64,000 nucleotides of DNA from Candidatus Dadabacteria bacterium. Lineage in GTDB: Bacteria > Desulfobacterota_D > UBA1144 > Nemesobacterales > Nemesobacteraceae. Position 1 is the stretch's first letter, and each line of letters starts with the position of its first letter. The stretch is from the NCBI GenBank assembly GCA_022822065.1, contig JAJECI010000007.1, forward strand, positions 134,346-198,345, read 5' to 3'. Positions 37,952 to 48,153 of this stretch are shown here, piece after piece. A program made the position numbers and the translations under genes. The notes beneath the pieces are model-generated. The model had not been told where the DNA came from, did no database searches, and worked only from the letters and a program-made list of their open reading frames with translations.

Positions 37952-39091
37952 ATGAAAAGATTGCTGCTGACCCCGGGCCCCGTGGCGGTCTCAAGCGAAA
38001 TAATGGTTGAGATGGCAAGACCGCTCATTCATCACAGAACCAAGGAGTTCGAAGCCATATTTGAGCGGACAAGAGAAGGGCTGAAACACGTTTTTCAGAC
38101 CGAAAACGAAGTTTTCATACTGGCGGCTTCGGGAACCGGCGCGATGGAAGGAGCGGTGGTGAACACCCTTTGCGCGGGCGATAAGGTAATCACGGTAAAC
38201 GGCGGGAAATTCGGAGAGAGGTGGGGAAAGATCGCTAGGGCCTACGGACTCGAGGTGGACGAGATAGACGTTACGTGGGGCGAAGCAGTTTCTCCCGCAA
38301 TCATAGAGGAAAAACTTGATAGCGATCCTTCGATAAGAGCTGTTCTGATGCAGGCAAGCGAAACCTCCACAGGTGTTAAGCATCCCACCGACCAAGTCGC
38401 GGCGATCACCTCGAAAAGAGACGACGTGCTGCTGATAGTCGACGGTATAACAGCCGTCGGAGTGTTTCCCCTCCCGTTTGACGATCTGGGAATAGACGTT
38501 CTCGTGGGCGGTTCGCAGAAGGCTTTCATGCTCCCCCCGGGACTTTCATTCGCAACGATGAGCGAGAAAGCCTGGGAATTCAACAAGACCTCGGACCTCC
38601 CGAAATTCTATCTTAACTTTACCGACTACCAGAAAAGCGCCCAGAAAAACACGACGCCCTGGACTCCCGCCGTCACGCTCGTAGTAGGCCTCGGCAAGGT
38701 TATAGAGGGATTCATGGAAGAGGGAATGGAGAACATTTACAGAAAACGTGAACTGATGTCGCTTGCGACCCGCGAGGCACTCCGAGCAATCAATATAGAT
38801 CTTTTCACCACTGACGCCGCAAGCCCGGCCCTTACCGTGGGAGTAGCTCCAGAAGAAATAGGAGCGGGGAAGATTATCTCCGATCTCCAATCGAAATTCG
38901 GTATGACCGTCGCAGGCGGACAGGACCACGCCAAGGGGAAGATCTTCAGAGTATCCCACATAGGGGACGTCGACCGAAACGACATGGTGGCGTTTATTTC
39001 GGCCCTTGAATCCATTTTGGGATCTCTGGGACACGACTTCTCAAGCGGAGCCGGTGTTGCCAAGGTATCGGAAATGCTGGGAACGGCATAG
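37952..39091 (+). CDS. class V aminotransferase (alanine/serine--glyoxylate aminotransferase family)
   Basis: 379 aa, PLP-fold class V pattern (SQKAFMLPPGLS lysine region). Confidence 0.75.
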   Translation: MKRLLLTPGPVAVSSEIMVEMARPLIHHRTKEFEAIFERTREGLKHVFQTENEVFILAASGTGAMEGAVVNTLCAGDKVITVNGGKFGERWGKIARAYGLEVDEIDVTWGEAVSPAIIEEKLDSDPSIRAVLMQASETSTGVKHPTDQVAAITSKRDDVLLIVDGITAVGVFPLPFDDLGIDVLVGGSQKAFMLPPGLSFATMSEKAWEFNKTSDLPKFYLNFTDYQKSAQKNTTPWTPAVTLVVGLGKVIEGFMEEGMENIYRKRELMSLATREALRAINIDLFTTDAASPALTVGVAPEEIGAGKIISDLQSKFGMTVAGGQDHAKGKIFRVSHIGDVDRNDMVAFISALESILGSLGHDFSSGAGVAKVSEMLGTA

Positions 39092-39148
39092 ATACCGTTA
39101 CTATGTGACGTCCGCAAGCCAAGCGGACTGAATCCAGACAACACCACC

Positions 39149-39820
39149 ATGAAGCACTTCTCCTCAGAAACCTTCCGTTTTCTAAAGGACCTCGGCAGTC
39201 CACGCGACAAGACATGGTTTGAGGAAAATCGCGGGCGGTACGAAGAAAGCCTTCTCGGCCCCCTGCGCCAAGCTGTTACAGACATAGGTCCCAGTCTCCG
39301 CGAGGTGATCAAAGACTGCGAGATACGTCCCGCCGTCAACAAAACGATTACCCGGATAAACCGGGACATGCGTTTCGCTAAGGGACAGAGTCCTTACAAA
39401 GACAACATGCTCGCTCTTTTTTACAGAGAGGGACGCAAAAGGCTCGACGCTCAATTGTTTTTGGGTTTTCAGTCGGAAGGCGTATGGCGGGGACTTTACG
39501 TGCCCACCCCGCTGCTCGCCCCCGATACACCGATGGCCAAGAAAATTGAAAATGATCCACAGGCAGCCGTCGACTTGGCCCAAGAAATCGGCCTCGGAGC
39601 TGATATCGCTCTGGTCGCGTGCAAAAAGTATGGTGAGATTGACCGGACGCTTGACCCGGCAAAGGCGGAAAGCTTCCTTGAAGGACCGCATCTTTGCGCC
39701 CTGCAGATATGTGAACCGGATGAAGTCGCAGTCGATCCCGCCGCCTTTATCCGTGAAACACGGGACTTGTTAGTTCGACTCGTTCCCCTCTGGTATCTGT
39801 ATTCAGGAAAAATGCTTTGA
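39149..39820 (+). CDS. TIGR02453/DUF2461 family protein
   Basis: N-terminal FRFLKDLGSPRDKTWFEENRGRYE is typical of the family. Confidence 0.6.
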   Translation: MKHFSSETFRFLKDLGSPRDKTWFEENRGRYEESLLGPLRQAVTDIGPSLREVIKDCEIRPAVNKTITRINRDMRFAKGQSPYKDNMLALFYREGRKRLDAQLFLGFQSEGVWRGLYVPTPLLAPDTPMAKKIENDPQAAVDLAQEIGLGADIALVACKKYGEIDRTLDPAKAESFLEGPHLCALQICEPDEVAVDPAAFIRETRDLLVRLVPLWYLYSGKML

Positions 39821-40141
39821 GACAAGCGGGTCATTATCTATTTCCGAGATCAGGTAGCCGATCCCGTAATAGTCGCCCGAGTTGTGGTAAAGTCGTATTC
39901 CTTGGGGAGTAGTAAGGTAGTTTCCCGTTTTTACGGTTTGCTCAGGAAGATCGACCTCGTACACCGTGTAGCCGATCGTCCCGCTTCCTATGTTAACTTT
40001 TTTCCGCTCTTCCCTTAGCCTCTTAACGCTTTTCGCAATCTCCCGCGCCTTGGGATAGATGTGTCCTTTAACGAGAAACTTCATGACAGCCTGAAAAACT
40101 AAAGAACCTCCATCTCCACGCGGTCTATCAAACCGATGCAC
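39803..40141 (-). CDS. hypothetical protein
   Basis: 112-aa ORF. Confidence 0.35.
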   Translation of the reverse strand: MHRFDRPRGDGGSLVFQAVMKFLVKGHIYPKAREIAKSVKRLREERKKVNIGSGTIGYTVYEVDLPEQTVKTGNYLTTPQGIRLYHNSGDYYGIGYLISEIDNDPLVSKHFS

Positions 40142-40443
40142 ATCATTATCTTGTCTATCCCCGGATTCCTTTCATGAACGAAAGTTTCCGAGAACTCTCC
40201 ATCGCAGTCCCCGCACGCACCTCCCTCATCAGACTCCTTTTCGCAATCCCCGCAGTAATATGTCTTCAGGTTATACCAATGTAAAGAGGAATAAATAAGT
40301 TCCCTGAAACCGCTTTTGCTGAGACACTCTCCCCACTCGGAAATCGCTTCAACCAGATTGCTGCGGTAGTAATCGGGTATATCCTCCAAGTGTCCCGAGT
40401 ATATCTCTTCCTCTCCTACATAGATTCTGAACAGTTCCGACAT
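40099..40443 (-). CDS. hypothetical Zn-ribbon protein (CGDC...CGDCDG)
   Basis: 114-aa ORF with two CxxC pairs; overlaps the downstream ORF by 43 nt. Confidence 0.4.
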   Translation of the reverse strand: MSELFRIYVGEEEIYSGHLEDIPDYYRSNLVEAISEWGECLSKSGFRELIYSSLHWYNLKTYYCGDCEKESDEGGACGDCDGEFSETFVHERNPGIDKIMMCIGLIDRVEMEVL

Positions 40444-40453
40444 GGCAGTTAAA

Positions 40454-41524
40454 TCAGATAGTCGACAGTTTTGAGATCAGCAGGTGATCAACCAGAACGA
40501 GATTGACCATGGCCTCCGCTATTGGAACCGCCCTGGGGCAAAGACAGGGGTCGTGCCTCCCCTTTACCCGCAGTTGGGTTTTTTCTCCTTTTTTATCCAC
40601 GGTGTCCTGAACCTGGGATATGGAAGAAGTGGGTTTTATGGCGATTCTCACGACCAAGTCCGCCCCGCTTGTTATTCCGCCCAGAAGACCGCCCGAGTTG
40701 TTCGTCCTGAAGCCGAGGGTCCCGTCTTCCTTTTTATACATGAGATCGTTTACCTGCGAACCTTTTTTCTCGACGACCCCGAAACCCATCCCCACTTCGA
40801 AGCCCCTTATCCCTCCTATGCTCATAAGAGCGCGCGCAAGGTCCGCGTCAAGCTTGTTAAACACGGGCTCCCCAAGACCCGAAGGAAGCCCTTGGGACAC
40901 TACCTCGACGGTGCCTCCGACGGAATCTCCCTCCTTCCTGACCGATTCTATAAGGTCGATCATCCTCTCCGCAGCTTGCGGGTCAGGGCAGCGGACGGGG
41001 TTTTCCTCGATCTGGTCAAGATCAATATCCTGGGCGACTATGTCTCCCACCTGCTTTACGTACCCCGTGGTAGTCACCCCGTGGGAACTAAGAATTTTTT
41101 TGGCTATCGCAGCGGCAGCTACCCTGCCAACCGTTTCCCGTGCCGAAGAGCGGCCGCCCCCCCGGTGGTCCCTGCGCCCGTACTTCTCGTCGTAGGTGAA
41201 ATCGGCGTGGCCGGGACGGTAGACGTCCTTTATGTCCTCGTAGGATTTCGATATGGCATCCGTGTTTCTTACCATCATGGATATGGGAGTTCCGAGAGTT
41301 TTTCCTTCAAAAACGCCCGAAAGTATCTCGATTGCGTCGGCTTCCTTTCTCTGGGTCGTAATTCTGCTCTGCCCCGGACGCCTTCTGTCAAGTTCGTACT
41401 GTATGTCCTCGGCGCAAATCTCAAGTCCTGCAGGACAGCCGTCAACAATAACTCCCAAGGCAAGGCCGTGGGATTCTCCCCAAGTAGTAATTCTGAAAAA
41501 TCTTCCGAAACTGTTTCCCGCCAC
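40454..41524 (-). CDS. aroC: chorismate synthase
   Basis: GESHG N-terminus, full AroC pattern. Confidence 0.9.
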   Translation of the reverse strand: MAGNSFGRFFRITTWGESHGLALGVIVDGCPAGLEICAEDIQYELDRRRPGQSRITTQRKEADAIEILSGVFEGKTLGTPISMMVRNTDAISKSYEDIKDVYRPGHADFTYDEKYGRRDHRGGGRSSARETVGRVAAAAIAKKILSSHGVTTTGYVKQVGDIVAQDIDLDQIEENPVRCPDPQAAERMIDLIESVRKEGDSVGGTVEVVSQGLPSGLGEPVFNKLDADLARALMSIGGIRGFEVGMGFGVVEKKGSQVNDLMYKKEDGTLGFRTNNSGGLLGGITSGADLVVRIAIKPTSSISQVQDTVDKKGEKTQLRVKGRHDPCLCPRAVPIAEAMVNLVLVDHLLISKLSTI

Positions 41525-41537
41525 TTTATTCCCTTTT

Positions 41538-42524
41538 TTACTTCAGATAGCCGTTTTCCCTGAACCACTCCACGGTCTTCCGTATAGTCTGCTCGATCGG
41601 AGTCACTGTGAATCCGAGTTCCCTTACAGCCTTCGAGTTGTCAGCGTGCCAGTTGTACCTTGAAAGTTTTATGGAATCTATGTCCAGCGTGGAATAATTG
41701 GGAAATCCGAGTCCCAGAACCCTCTCAAGGAGAAACGCAGTAGTGTAAGCGAATACGTAGGGAATCTTGATTTTGGGAGCAGAGATGCCGGTTATCTCTT
41801 CTAGAAGGGCGAAATAACCTCGCACATTGACGTTCTCGTTTGCGAGTATGTAGCGCTCTCCCGGCTTTCCGTTCTTTTCCGCAAGCAGATGTCCGTTCGC
41901 GACGTCCTCAACGTCGACAACGTTAAAGGTGCCGTCCATGTAACCAGGGAATCTTTTCTTGCAGAACCAGAGAACCGATCCCGAGCTTGAAAGATAGATG
42001 TCCCCCGCACCGAGAACCACCGAAGGGTTCGTTATAACCACCGGGAGTCCTTTTTCGCTGAAGCTTTTTGCCTCTCTTTCCGCGAGATACTTGCAGTTCA
42101 TATAGCCTATTCCGTCGGAGTAAAGATCGTACTGGGTAGATTCGGTTACCGGAGAACCGTCCCGCTCGACCCCGATGGCGGCAACGCTGCTTGTGAAAAC
42201 AACCTTGGATATCCCCACGTCCATGGCTGAGGAGAGAACGTTCGAAGCGCCGCGCACGTTTATATCCAGCATTTTCTGGTGGTCCGATTTCTTAAACGAC
42301 ACGAATCCGGCCGTGTGGAAGAGCGTGTCGCATCCGGAAAAAGCGGCCTTAAGAGAGTCCGGATCTCCAACATCCCCGTAGACCTTCTCGACATCGAGAG
42401 AATCTATGTTCTTGGTATTGCTCGTCTTTCTGACGAGAACCTTGACCCTGTCTCCTCTCTCAACCAGTTTTCTGGTTATGTGCGATCCTATAAACCCGGT
42501 CGCTCCCGTAACTACTGTCGCCAT
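41538..42524 (-). CDS. NAD-dependent epimerase/dehydratase (extended SDR)
   Basis: VVTGATGFIGSH Rossmann motif. Confidence 0.75.
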   Translation of the reverse strand: MATVVTGATGFIGSHITRKLVERGDRVKVLVRKTSNTKNIDSLDVEKVYGDVGDPDSLKAAFSGCDTLFHTAGFVSFKKSDHQKMLDINVRGASNVLSSAMDVGISKVVFTSSVAAIGVERDGSPVTESTQYDLYSDGIGYMNCKYLAEREAKSFSEKGLPVVITNPSVVLGAGDIYLSSSGSVLWFCKKRFPGYMDGTFNVVDVEDVANGHLLAEKNGKPGERYILANENVNVRGYFALLEEITGISAPKIKIPYVFAYTTAFLLERVLGLGFPNYSTLDIDSIKLSRYNWHADNSKAVRELGFTVTPIEQTIRKTVEWFRENGYLK

Positions 42525-42638
42525 TTGCTATTTTCCTCCGGGAAAATTGACTGAAGAAAAAGATTTTCTCCAAGAGTATAACAATTCCACCTTATAATGT
42601 ACAAAAACAAGCGCAAGGCTGTGCACGGTCAAGACCCG

Positions 42639-43649
42639 TCACATTATCATCATCGAGTCGCCGTAACTCAAGAACCTGTAACCGTGCGATTTCGCCTCCT
42701 CATAAGCGGCGAGGGCCAGTTCCTTTGTGCCACAGAACGCAGAGACAAGCATAAGAAGGGTTGAACGGGGCATGTGGAAATTGGTTATGAGAACGTCTAC
42801 AAACCGGAATTCGTACGGAGGTCTTATGAAAAGATCCGTCCTTCCGGAAAAAGGCCGCATCTCCCCGACGGTTCCGTCCGCCGACTCAAGGGCTCTCGTA
42901 ACCGTGGTCCCGACGGAAATAATTCTCCTTTTCTGCGCCTTGGCTTCATTTACCGCATCCACGGTCTCCCGTGGAACCGAGACGCGTTCTGAATGCATTG
43001 CGTGGTTATCGATAAGTTCTTCTTTTACGGGCCTGAAGGTCCCCTCTCCCACATGCAGAGTGACATATTCCATCAGAACGCCCTTTTCGCGAAGATCCGA
43101 GATAAGTTCCGGGTCGAAATGAAGCCCCGCGGTCGGAGCGGCCACCGCTCCCTCCTCGGTCGCGTAAACAGTCTGATAGGTCTTTTTATCCGCTGGTTCG
43201 GGCTCTCTCGCTATGTAGGGCGGAAGCGGCATACGTCCCGCGCTGCTGATGACCCGCTCGACGGGTTCGCTGAATCTTATCGTCCAGCTTTTATCGGGTT
43301 CCCTCTCGAGGCTGCCCGACACCCCTCCGTCAAGGGAAACCCGAAGACCCTCGGCCGGATTTTTAAAAAGCACCTTCCACCGGGTCTCATCCTTTTTCTC
43401 CGTAAGGAGGAACTCAACTATTCCCCTTCGTTCCACATGCCCTGCAAGTCTCGCGGGTATCACCCTGGTGTTGTTAAGAACCATGAGGTCGCCGGGGCGG
43501 AGCAGGTTCCTTAGATCAGAGAACTTGGCGTGGGAGAACCCTTGCGTTTCTCTGTCAACCACAAGAAGCCTTGAAGAACTGCGCTCAGAAAGCGGGTACT
43601 GGGCGATCAGCCGCTGGGGAAGATCGTAGTCGAATTGATCCGTTCTCAT
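42639..43649 (-). CDS. queA: S-adenosylmethionine:tRNA ribosyltransferase-isomerase
   Basis: FDYDLPQRLIAQYP N-terminus. Confidence 0.85.
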   Translation of the reverse strand: MRTDQFDYDLPQRLIAQYPLSERSSSRLLVVDRETQGFSHAKFSDLRNLLRPGDLMVLNNTRVIPARLAGHVERRGIVEFLLTEKKDETRWKVLFKNPAEGLRVSLDGGVSGSLEREPDKSWTIRFSEPVERVISSAGRMPLPPYIAREPEPADKKTYQTVYATEEGAVAAPTAGLHFDPELISDLREKGVLMEYVTLHVGEGTFRPVKEELIDNHAMHSERVSVPRETVDAVNEAKAQKRRIISVGTTVTRALESADGTVGEMRPFSGRTDLFIRPPYEFRFVDVLITNFHMPRSTLLMLVSAFCGTKELALAAYEEAKSHGYRFLSYGDSMMIM

Positions 43650-43661
43650 CCGCGAAAGGAG

Positions 43662-44864
43662 CTATTTCCCCTCGAGAAGTTTTTTCACGGAAAGCCGGAG
43701 GGAGTTTAGCCTTATGAACCCGGTAGCGTCGGACTGGTCGTAAACCGAATCCTCCTCGAAGGTCGCCAGGTTCTCGCTGTAGAGGGAATTCGGGGATTTT
43801 CTCCCGCAGACTATAACGTTTCCCTTGTAAAGCTTAAGCCTCACCGTGCCGCTTACATCCTTCTGGCTCTGGCGGACGGCGGCACTCAGCATTTCCATCT
43901 CGGGAGAAAACCAGAAGCCATAGTAGATAAGTTCCGATATCTTCGGAATCAGGGAATCCCTGAGGCGCATCACTTCCCTGTCCATGGTAATCGACTCAAG
44001 AGCCCTGTGGGCCACGTGAAGAACAGTGCCGCCGGGGGTCTCGTACACTCCCCTTGATTTCATCCCGACGAACCTGTTTTCGACAATGTCTACCCTCCCG
44101 ATGCCGTTCGCGCCGGCAAGATCATTTAGGCAACCAAGAAGTGCCGAGGGAGAAAGGTTCTTTCCGTCAACTGAAACGGGAATGCCGCTTTCAAACCCGA
44201 TTTCCACGTAAACCGGCTGATCGGGAGCAGCCTCGGGAGAAACCGTCATCTCGAACATGTCCTCAGGCGCTTCGGCCCACGGATCTTCCAAGATTCCCCC
44301 CTCATAACTGATATGAAGAAGGTTGCGGTCACAGCTGTAGGGTTTTTTCTCGGTCACCGTAACGTCTATCCCGTTTTCCCCGGCGTAATTTATGAGGTCG
44401 GTTCTTGATTTGAAATCCCACTCGCGCCACGGGGCTATGATCTTTATGTCGGGGTGTAACGCATAGAAGGTAAGCTCGAAGCGGACCTGATCGTTTCCCT
44501 TGCCTGTCGCTCCGTGGGAAACTGCGAAGGCTCCCTCTTGCTTGGCTATTTCAATCTGCCTTTTCGCAATAAGGGGACGCGCTATGGAAGTGCCCAGAAG
44601 ATAGCTGCCTTCATACACCGCGTTTGCGCTTATCGCGGGGAAAACGTAGTCCCTGACGAACTCCTCTCTTAGGTCCTCGATGAATACTGCGCACGCACCG
44701 GTATCCCAGGCTTTCTGCTCCGCCTCCTGTAAATCCTCTTTCTGTCCTATGTCAGCCACATAGGCTATAACATCAGAGTCGTACTCGTTTACAAGCCACT
44801 TCAGGATTACCGATGTGTCAAGTCCCCCGGAATAGGCGAGAACTATCTTATTTTTCTCAGACAT
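43662..44864 (-). CDS. argG: argininosuccinate synthase
   Basis: [11 protein letters not shown]-loop. Confidence 0.9.
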   Translation of the reverse strand: MSEKNKIVLAYSGGLDTSVILKWLVNEYDSDVIAYVADIGQKEDLQEAEQKAWDTGACAVFIEDLREEFVRDYVFPAISANAVYEGSYLLGTSIARPLIAKRQIEIAKQEGAFAVSHGATGKGNDQVRFELTFYALHPDIKIIAPWREWDFKSRTDLINYAGENGIDVTVTEKKPYSCDRNLLHISYEGGILEDPWAEAPEDMFEMTVSPEAAPDQPVYVEIGFESGIPVSVDGKNLSPSALLGCLNDLAGANGIGRVDIVENRFVGMKSRGVYETPGGTVLHVAHRALESITMDREVMRLRDSLIPKISELIYYGFWFSPEMEMLSAAVRQSQKDVSGTVRLKLYKGNVIVCGRKSPNSLYSENLATFEEDSVYDQSDATGFIRLNSLRLSVKKLLEGK

Positions 44865-44906
44865 ATTACTGGTACTCCGGTATTTCTTCGCGTATGAAAA
44901 GCTAAA

Positions 44907-45404
44907 TCAAGGCATGTCCTGATTCTGCTCGGAAATCGGGCGAAGATCTAGAAGGTAGAATTTTACTCCCTTGTTCTGGTAGAACTTTTCAAGCGAAAGA
45001 CCGGCATATTCTATTTTCTGGAGTTCATCTCCGGTGTAGGTAAGGTTCTTTACCTCTCCCGAGAGGGTGCACGAAAACGGTACGTCCTTATCCGGTCTTT
45101 CCTGACAGATAAAACCCATGTCTATCTGCCCGCTCAAATCCATGCTCAAAGGAACAATGAATCCCACCACCATCTTCACGCTCTGCAGTTCGACCACCAT
45201 GATCTTTATCTTGCTCGAATCGTCCTCGTCTCCGACCTCCATCACGTAGCCGTAGTAGTTTATTTCCTTGTTCTGCTCGCTTAGGGAATTCATGTACCAG
45301 TAATCTTCCGAATCGAGCCAGGACATTATTTTCATTGTTTTTTCCTCCAAGGATTCACATGGATATTTTGGGAAATTATATACTATTATCCCATCTTTAG
45401 GCAA
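44907..45404 (-). CDS. hypothetical protein (165 aa), intermediate GC
   Basis: ORF only; no recognisable motif. Confidence 0.4.
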   Translation of the reverse strand: MPKDGIIVYNFPKYPCESLEEKTMKIMSWLDSEDYWYMNSLSEQNKEINYYGYVMEVGDEDDSSKIKIMVVELQSVKMVVGFIVPLSMDLSGQIDMGFICQERPDKDVPFSCTLSGEVKNLTYTGDELQKIEYAGLSLEKFYQNKGVKFYLLDLRPISEQNQDMP

Positions 45405-45638
45405 CGATGCGAGACTGATTTAAACTGTCTTTTCCGTCATGCTCTTGAGAATTCCGAGAAAATCTCTTTCTCGTTCTATAGTTTCTATGACGAAATAATT
45501 GCCATTTTTTATATGTCTTATACATTTATTAAGTCATTACAGGACAAAACGAACTATTATTCTCGGACAAAATCTGTGCCGGAAAATACAAAAAACACAT
45601 CTACGAGCGATGAGATCAGTTTTGCTTAGAGGTACGCC

Positions 45639-46832
45639 ATGCGAAAATTCGCAATCCGTCTTCTCGCCTTGTTTCGACAGACATCTCTTTTCATCTGGAA
45701 GCTGCGCGGCAAAACGGAAGCCGACTTAGCCGCTCAACGTGTAGTTAGTGGAAAGTCCTGGGATGAGTTCTGCGACACTTTAAAAGCTGCGGGTGCAGCT
45801 TTAAATTTCCCAAAGGCACCTCAAGACGCATTCAATCAGGCAGAAGGATATCGGTACTTAAGCCGCATCGCCCGGGCCGGACTGATGGCATTTATCGAGC
45901 ATGCCGATCCGAAAGCACCTGTACTTCATCGCGTCGTCAACGAAACAACCAAGCTAGGTGCGGACAATCCTGATAACTTCTACCAGACAGCAGCCCTGAG
46001 CGGCGAGTACGAATACAAAATCACGGGGTGGCGCAACAACATTGCATACTTAAGCTTCGGCACTCAATCCGGCAACTATGGGCAAGGACGAGGGCTGCCT
46101 CCCACAGGACATATAGAGTCCGACCAGATAGAAACCGACGAAAATGGGTACTTTGAGCTGATACTTAGCTGTAAACCTCAGAGTAAGAACTGGCTTCCCA
46201 TGAAACCGGAGACCGGCACATTAGTGGTACGTCAGACTTTCCTTGACCGCAAAACAGAAACTCCGGCAGACTTGCGAATAGAACGGATCAATTGTTCCGA
46301 AGATGAGCGCAGCCCTTCTCCATTGACTCCGAAACAGCTCGACGAAGGATTAAAAACTGTTGGAACGCTCGTGGCAGGAGCACCATTGCTGTTCGCCAAG
46401 TGGGCCCGTGGTTTTCAAAAGCACACCAATGAACTGCCAATGTTTGATCCGGAAGTATCGCTGGCCGCCGGGGGTGATCCCAATATCGTTTACTACCACA
46501 GTCACTGGAAAGTAGCGGAAGGGGAAGCACTTTTGATAGAAGTAATGCCGCCGGAATGCGAACACTGGAACTTCCAGTTAAACAACTATTGGATGGAATC
46601 GCTGGACTACCGTTATCACACGATACACACTAACAAGCATCTTGCCCACTATGAAGATGACGGTTCTGTGCGCCTGGTAGTGGCTCACGAAAACCCCGGT
46701 CATCCCAATTGGCTCGAAACAGCTGGCCATTGTTCCGGCACGATGTGCTTTAGATGGGTGCGGGCGAAGGAACATCCTCAACCGCGGACCAAATTGATCA
46801 AGTCGACTGACCTTAAGCAGTTGCTGAGTTGA
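45639..46832 (+). CDS. hypothetical protein (397 aa; His-rich C-terminal region HSHW...HENPGHPNW)
   Basis: AGAGGT RBS; ATGA start/stop overlap with the sulfotransferase gene. Confidence 0.55.
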   Translation: MRKFAIRLLALFRQTSLFIWKLRGKTEADLAAQRVVSGKSWDEFCDTLKAAGAALNFPKAPQDAFNQAEGYRYLSRIARAGLMAFIEHADPKAPVLHRVVNETTKLGADNPDNFYQTAALSGEYEYKITGWRNNIAYLSFGTQSGNYGQGRGLPPTGHIESDQIETDENGYFELILSCKPQSKNWLPMKPETGTLVVRQTFLDRKTETPADLRIERINCSEDERSPSPLTPKQLDEGLKTVGTLVAGAPLLFAKWARGFQKHTNELPMFDPEVSLAAGGDPNIVYYHSHWKVAEGEALLIEVMPPECEHWNFQLNNYWMESLDYRYHTIHTNKHLAHYEDDGSVRLVVAHENPGHPNWLETAGHCSGTMCFRWVRAKEHPQPRTKLIKSTDLKQLLS

Positions 46833-48097
46833 ACAACGCTATGGCTAAAAAGAATCTGGCGACTTCTACAGACTATGAAAATCCCTACCGCCCTCTTCCC
46901 GTTAAGATTTTCAATTCCATCGGGAAGTTAAGTGAAAACCTCGGATTGTCGAGTTCTTTGAATATTGAGAAGCTCACCGCCAGCGCGATTAGAAAAACGA
47001 GGCTTGAGGATTTTGGTGACGACGGTCACTTTGAGGCATTGGAAGTTCTCATAAATTCGATTAATAACGAAGCTGAGCTAACCCCAACCGGCAGCCTGAT
47101 ACAAAAAATTCGACTTACAAGCGCATTAGTTCATCGCCTGCGAATTGAAGAGCTACTGAAACAACACCCTGAAATAGATGACATCAATTTAGGGAAGATT
47201 ATCCTGATCACGGGATTGCAGCGTACTGGAACGACAATATTGCACAGGCTGCTGAATTCTCATCCGAATATTCGAGGTGTATCAGGGGTGGAAGCGCTCA
47301 ACCCGCTACCACCAGGCAAAAACGCCGAAGGAGTGATCACTCGAAATACGCATGCGGCCCTCGCACAACGACTGATTGCCTATTTGTCACCGCAGTTCAT
47401 GGCAGTTCACCCTATTAACCATAATGAGCCGGAAGAAGACGTAATGCTTCTTGATCTGAACTTTATGAGCCAGGCTCCGGAGGCCACGATGCATGTGCCG
47501 AGTTACTCCCGGTGGCTTGAGGAGCAGGACCATACGCAGACCTACGAATATTTCCATAAGGTGCTGAAGATTCTGTGCTGGCACCGCCCCAGCGACAACT
47601 GGGTACTCAAAACGCCGCATCATATGGAATATCTGGATGTATTTCTTAAGGTTTTCCCCACTGCGACAGTCGTGCAGACCCACCGCGACCCCCGAAAAAC
47701 CATGCCTTCTTTCTGCAGTATGGTTGCTCACAACCGCGGCATATTCAGCGATCGGGTGGATCCAGAGGAAATCGCCAGACACTGGTCGAGAAAGACTCGC
47801 AGGATGATCGAGTTAACCATCCAATCCCGAGCTAAGGCAGATGCCGACCGATTTGTCGACGTTTCGTACTACGACTTGATGAAGGACCCGATTTCCCAGC
47901 TTCGCCGGATTTATCTAAAGGCGGGGGTCGACTTTGATACCGAAGCGGAGCAGCAAGCCGAGACTTTTATGAAAAAAAATCCGCAAAATCGCTTTGGTAG
48001 ACACGTCTACCATTTGAGTGATTTCGGATTGAGCGAGAAAATTATTGAAGATCATTTCTCCTTTTATCGGGAGAAATATGAAATTCCTTTCGAATAG
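46829..48097 (+). CDS. sulfotransferase family protein (PAPS-dependent, P-loop LQRTGTT)
   Basis: 5'-PSB loop ITGLQRTGTTILHRLL plus downstream 3'-PB-like region; 422 aa. Confidence 0.7.
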   Translation: MNNAMAKKNLATSTDYENPYRPLPVKIFNSIGKLSENLGLSSSLNIEKLTASAIRKTRLEDFGDDGHFEALEVLINSINNEAELTPTGSLIQKIRLTSALVHRLRIEELLKQHPEIDDINLGKIILITGLQRTGTTILHRLLNSHPNIRGVSGVEALNPLPPGKNAEGVITRNTHAALAQRLIAYLSPQFMAVHPINHNEPEEDVMLLDLNFMSQAPEATMHVPSYSRWLEEQDHTQTYEYFHKVLKILCWHRPSDNWVLKTPHHMEYLDVFLKVFPTATVVQTHRDPRKTMPSFCSMVAHNRGIFSDRVDPEEIARHWSRKTRRMIELTIQSRAKADADRFVDVSYYDLMKDPISQLRRIYLKAGVDFDTEAEQQAETFMKKNPQNRFGRHVYHLSDFGLSEKIIEDHFSFYREKYEIPFE

Positions 48098-48153
48098 CCT
48101 ATGCGAGTTCAAGCAACTGCAAAAAACCGGGAAACAATACGGAGAAGCTCACC

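Noticed and set aside
40484-41563. 359-aa plus-strand ORF
   Set aside because: Entirely antisense to aroC (40454-41524), whose product has clear chorismate-synthase motifs. Low-complexity Pro/Arg-rich translation typical of shadow ORFs in GC-rich DNA.
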